From contig CAVUBB010000006.1 in the NCBI GenBank assembly GCA_963739695.1, positions 11,832-75,831 of the forward strand: DNA of 64,000 bases. Reading direction: 5' to 3'. The number at the start of each line of letters is the position of its first letter. The stretch's first letter is position 1. The position numbers and the translations under genes were made by a program. Positions 61,464-64,000 of the stretch are shown here, piece after piece. This DNA is from an uncultured Pseudomonadota bacterium. GTDB lineage: Bacteria > Pseudomonadota > Gammaproteobacteria > Natronospirales > CAVUBB01. The notes under the pieces are model-generated. The model was not told the DNA's origin. It saw only the letters and a list, made by a program, of their open reading frames with translations, and did not search any database.

Positions 61464-61803
61464 CCCGGGGTCGGTCGGCTGCAGCCGGGGTGGGCCTGCG
61501 CCTCCTGGTCCACTCCGGTTGCAGCCGATTATTGCCCCTGTGAATCAGGTACTTGCGAGCGTTTTCACGTTTATGGTACTGTGCTCAGTCGCTGTGTGCC
61601 TTAACGTGGGGTGGAGTGCCCGCTTGGCGTCCCGAAAACGTCGCGGGCGGGGTCGCAAGGAATGTGCATTGCCGGAATCCAGAGCTTGGTCTGGGGAACC
61701 GAAGGCAGACAGCAAGCAACGATCAGTTGTGACTGCCCCTCTCGACAGATGAGGGCTCTTTGGATGCAGGCGATACTCCGGACCATGCAGGTGACCCGAT
61801 AAG

Positions 61804-62715
61804 ATGTTAAGACAGCGCACCCTCAAGAATACCATCCGTGCCACTGGCGTAGGCCTGCACACGGGCGAAAAAGTTTTCATGACGCTGCGTCCCGCAGCGG
61901 TCAATTCCGGCATCGTATTTCGCCGCGTCGATCTCGACGAACCCGTCGATCTTCCCGCGCGCGCCGACCAGGTCGGCGATACCATGCTGGGCACGACGCT
62001 GATCAACGGCGACGTACGTGTCTCCACCGTCGAGCATCTGCTGTCTGCGTTTGCAGGTCTGGGTATCGACAACGCATACGTGGACCTCAGCGCGCCGGAA
62101 GTTCCGATCATGGACGGCAGCGCGGGTCCTTTCGTGTTCCTGATCCAGTCCGCCGGTATCGCGGAGCAGGAGGCGGCCAAGCGTTTCATTCGCATCAAGA
62201 AAGCGCTCACGGTTCGCCAGGACGAGAAGTGGGCGCGCTTCGAGCCGTTCGACGGTTTCAAGGTCAGCCTCGAGATCAGTTTCGACCATCCCGTGTTCAA
62301 GAAACACAGCCAGATGGCGACCATCGACTTCTCCACGACGTCGTTCGTGAAGGAGATCGCCCGCGCGCGCACCTTCGGCTTCATGCGCGACATCGAGATG
62401 TTGCGCGAACGCCACCTGACTCTGGGCGCGTCGCTGGATAACGCCATCGCCATCGATGATTACCGGATCCTCAACGAGGACGGCCTGCGTTACGAGGACG
62501 AGTTCGTCAAGCACAAGATCCTCGACAGCATCGGCGACCTCTATCTGCTCGGGCACAGCCTTATCGGTGCCTACAGTGCCTTCAAGTCGGGTCATGGTCT
62601 GAACAACGCCATCCTGCGTGCGTTGCTCGCTGACGAGACAGCGTGGGAGGAAGTCACGTTCGACGATGTCGCCGCTGCGCCGATCTCGTACATGACGCCG
62701 GTACACGCGGACTAG
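61804..62715 (+). CDS. lpxC: UDP-3-O-acyl-N-acetylglucosamine deacetylase
   Basis: 303 aa with [50 protein letters not shown] and HGLNN. Confidence 0.97.
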   Translation: MLRQRTLKNTIRATGVGLHTGEKVFMTLRPAAVNSGIVFRRVDLDEPVDLPARADQVGDTMLGTTLINGDVRVSTVEHLLSAFAGLGIDNAYVDLSAPEVPIMDGSAGPFVFLIQSAGIAEQEAAKRFIRIKKALTVRQDEKWARFEPFDGFKVSLEISFDHPVFKKHSQMATIDFSTTSFVKEIARARTFGFMRDIEMLRERHLTLGASLDNAIAIDDYRILNEDGLRYEDEFVKHKILDSIGDLYLLGHSLIGAYSAFKSGHGLNNAILRALLADETAWEEVTFDDVAAAPISYMTPVHAD

Positions 62716-63182
62716 CGATCGCTCTCTCCGGCATTTTTCGCCAGACGCCGCAAGGCTGCGGCGAGTTCAGGATCGGAGATGCCACGGGCGGCTGATTCGA
62801 GCGCGTGCCGATTGGCCGCGGACAGCGGGGCGCGTGCTGGCCGGCGAGGCTCTGGTTGCCGCGCCGCAGCACCGGGCTGGACACGGAGGCTGATTCGGGC
62901 GAAGCTCAGACCTGTCTCCCTTGAAACAGCTGCCAGGATGGCTTTCTGTTCGTAGCGAAGACGCGTGGCCCATGGCGCGGAATCCGCGAACAGGACCAGC
63001 GTGTTGCGTACGACGCTAACGCCGAGACAATGCGCGGCGAGCTTGCCCGACAGCGAAGCACGCACTGCGTGCATGATATCGGCGAGGTGCCGGGCGCGTT
63101 GGAAGACCGATGGCAGTTCGCTGCCTCTGCTCTGCAGCAGGCGCTTGAGCGGAACGGCATCGTCGCGATTCGATTTGGACAT
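62712..63182 (-). CDS. DUF721-domain protein (DciA-like)
   Basis: 156 aa. The pattern [39 protein letters not shown] fits DUF721. It sits between lpxC and an M23 peptidase, as I recall for Pseudomonas. Confidence 0.6.
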   Translation of the reverse strand: MSKSNRDDAVPLKRLLQSRGSELPSVFQRARHLADIMHAVRASLSGKLAAHCLGVSVVRNTLVLFADSAPWATRLRYEQKAILAAVSRETGLSFARISLRVQPGAAARQPEPRRPARAPLSAANRHALESAARGISDPELAAALRRLAKNAGESDR

Positions 63183-63225
63183 GGCGCCTCATGCTGACGT
63201 AGAGAACAACGATTGAGCAAGCCCG

Positions 63226-64000
63226 ATGAATATTATCCTACTCACTAAGCGCGGGCAGTCGCGTCAGCTCAGCCTGACCCAGCCGGGCGTGCTCTTCGGT
63301 CTCCTGTTTTCCACTGTGCTCCTGGTGTCTGCCTGTGTCTATGGCGGATATGCACTCGCCCGAATCCAGTCGGCCAGCGCTCCCGACGCGCAGCTTGCGG
63401 CCTGGCAATCCCGTCTGCAGAAGCAGTCTGACGAAGTTCGCAAGGCGAAGGCCGAAGTCCAGACCAATATCGATGCCTTCGCCCGCAAGATGGGTGAGAT
63501 GCAGGCGCATATCATCCGCCTCGATGCCCTGGGCCAGCAGCTCACCAAGATGGCGGGTCTCGACCAGGGCGAGTTCGATTTCAAGGATGCCCCGGCTCAA
63601 GGCGGGCCCGAAGTCAGTGCCGACGAGGCCCCGCTCACCGTGCCCCAGTTCGTCAAGGCGCTGGACGATCTCTCGCGCCAGATCGACGACCGTCAGCAGC
63701 AACTGTCGGTACTTGAAAACATGATCATGAACCGCAATCTCCAGAAAGAGGTGCTGCCTGCGGGCAGGCCGATAAAGAACGGGTGGATATCATCCTATTT
63801 CGGGCTGCGTACCGATCCGTTCACCGGCCGCCTTGCGCGGCACGAGGGCATGGACTTCGCGGGCAAGGAAGGGACGCCGGTCGAGGCGGTCGCCGCAGGC
63901 GTGGTGACCTGGGCCGGGCCAAGGTACGGTTACGGAAATCTGGTGGAGATCAATCACGGCGACGGTTATGCGACGCGCTATGGCCACAACGAGAAGATTC
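63226..64000 (+). CDS. M23 family metallopeptidase, 5' part (runs off the window end)
   Basis: Own translation from ATG 63226: MNIILLTKRGQSRQLSL..., a TM segment, a coiled-coil region, then GWISSYFGLRTDPFTGRLARHEGMDFAGKEGTPVEAVAAGVVTWAG...GNLVEINHGDGYATRYGHN (HxxxD and LytM-type motifs). Not in the ORF track because it has no stop within the window. Confidence 0.88.
   Translation, partial: MNIILLTKRGQSRQLSLTQPGVLFGLLFSTVLLVSACVYGGYALARIQSASAPDAQLAAWQSRLQKQSDEVRKAKAEVQTNIDAFARKMGEMQAHIIRLDALGQQLTKMAGLDQGEFDFKDAPAQGGPEVSADEAPLTVPQFVKALDDLSRQIDDRQQQLSVLENMIMNRNLQKEVLPAGRPIKNGWISSYFGLRTDPFTGRLARHEGMDFAGKEGTPVEAVAAGVVTWAGPRYGYGNLVEINHGDGYATRYGHNEKI

Noticed and set aside
61414-61752. 112-aa ORF in the ftsZ-lpxC spacer.
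   Set aside because: It starts inside the ftsZ 3' end and has no RBS. Its composition is Arg/Ser/Cys-rich and unlike the neighbouring genes, so it is treated as non-coding.

Overview
This is a high-GC (about 65%) core chromosomal segment of a gammaproteobacterium. From memory, the gene order resembles the Pseudomonas/E. coli rpoN-murA-pet-ssp-dcw backbone. Coding density is very high: the largest non-coding gap is about 340 nt. Left to right the window contains: hemL (5' end), thiE-thiD, rubredoxin, a class II aldolase/CpdA pair, an O-methyltransferase and an M48 protease. Next come metK, an SAH riboswitch and ahcY, then a tkt-gap-pgk-pyk carbon block, two uncharacterised membrane proteins, and murI with an M15 D,D-peptidase. 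These are followed by a penicillin/AHL-acylase homologue, a Zn-ADH and a patatin-like lipase. The complete kdsD-kdsC-lptCAB-rpoN-hpf-ptsN-rapZ-ptsO-ptsP cluster lies on the minus strand, followed by a frameshifted yrbG-like antiporter. The window then runs through ibaG-murA, a DegS/AlgW-like protease, petABC, sspAB, a macro-domain gene, an FAD oxidase, yraN-lpoA, rsmI and RNase P RNA. It ends with a full dcw cluster (mraZ to ftsZ), lpxC, a DUF721 gene and the 5' part of an M23 peptidase. I found no mobile elements, CRISPR arrays, tRNA/rRNA genes or defence-island-like content, and no convincing evidence for a novel multi-gene system. The items most worth a second look are: a roughly 55-aa, two-helix insertion at the C-terminus of cytochrome b; a single-nucleotide frameshift in yrbG next to a synteny break (no mla operon); a GAF-less EI encoded contiguously with the PTS-Ntr genes; a macro-domain gene translationally coupled to sspB; a dcw cluster without ddl; and three convergent gene pairs that share a palindromic CTAG double stop. 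All homology calls rest on reading the translated ORFs and recognising motifs. No database search was run.
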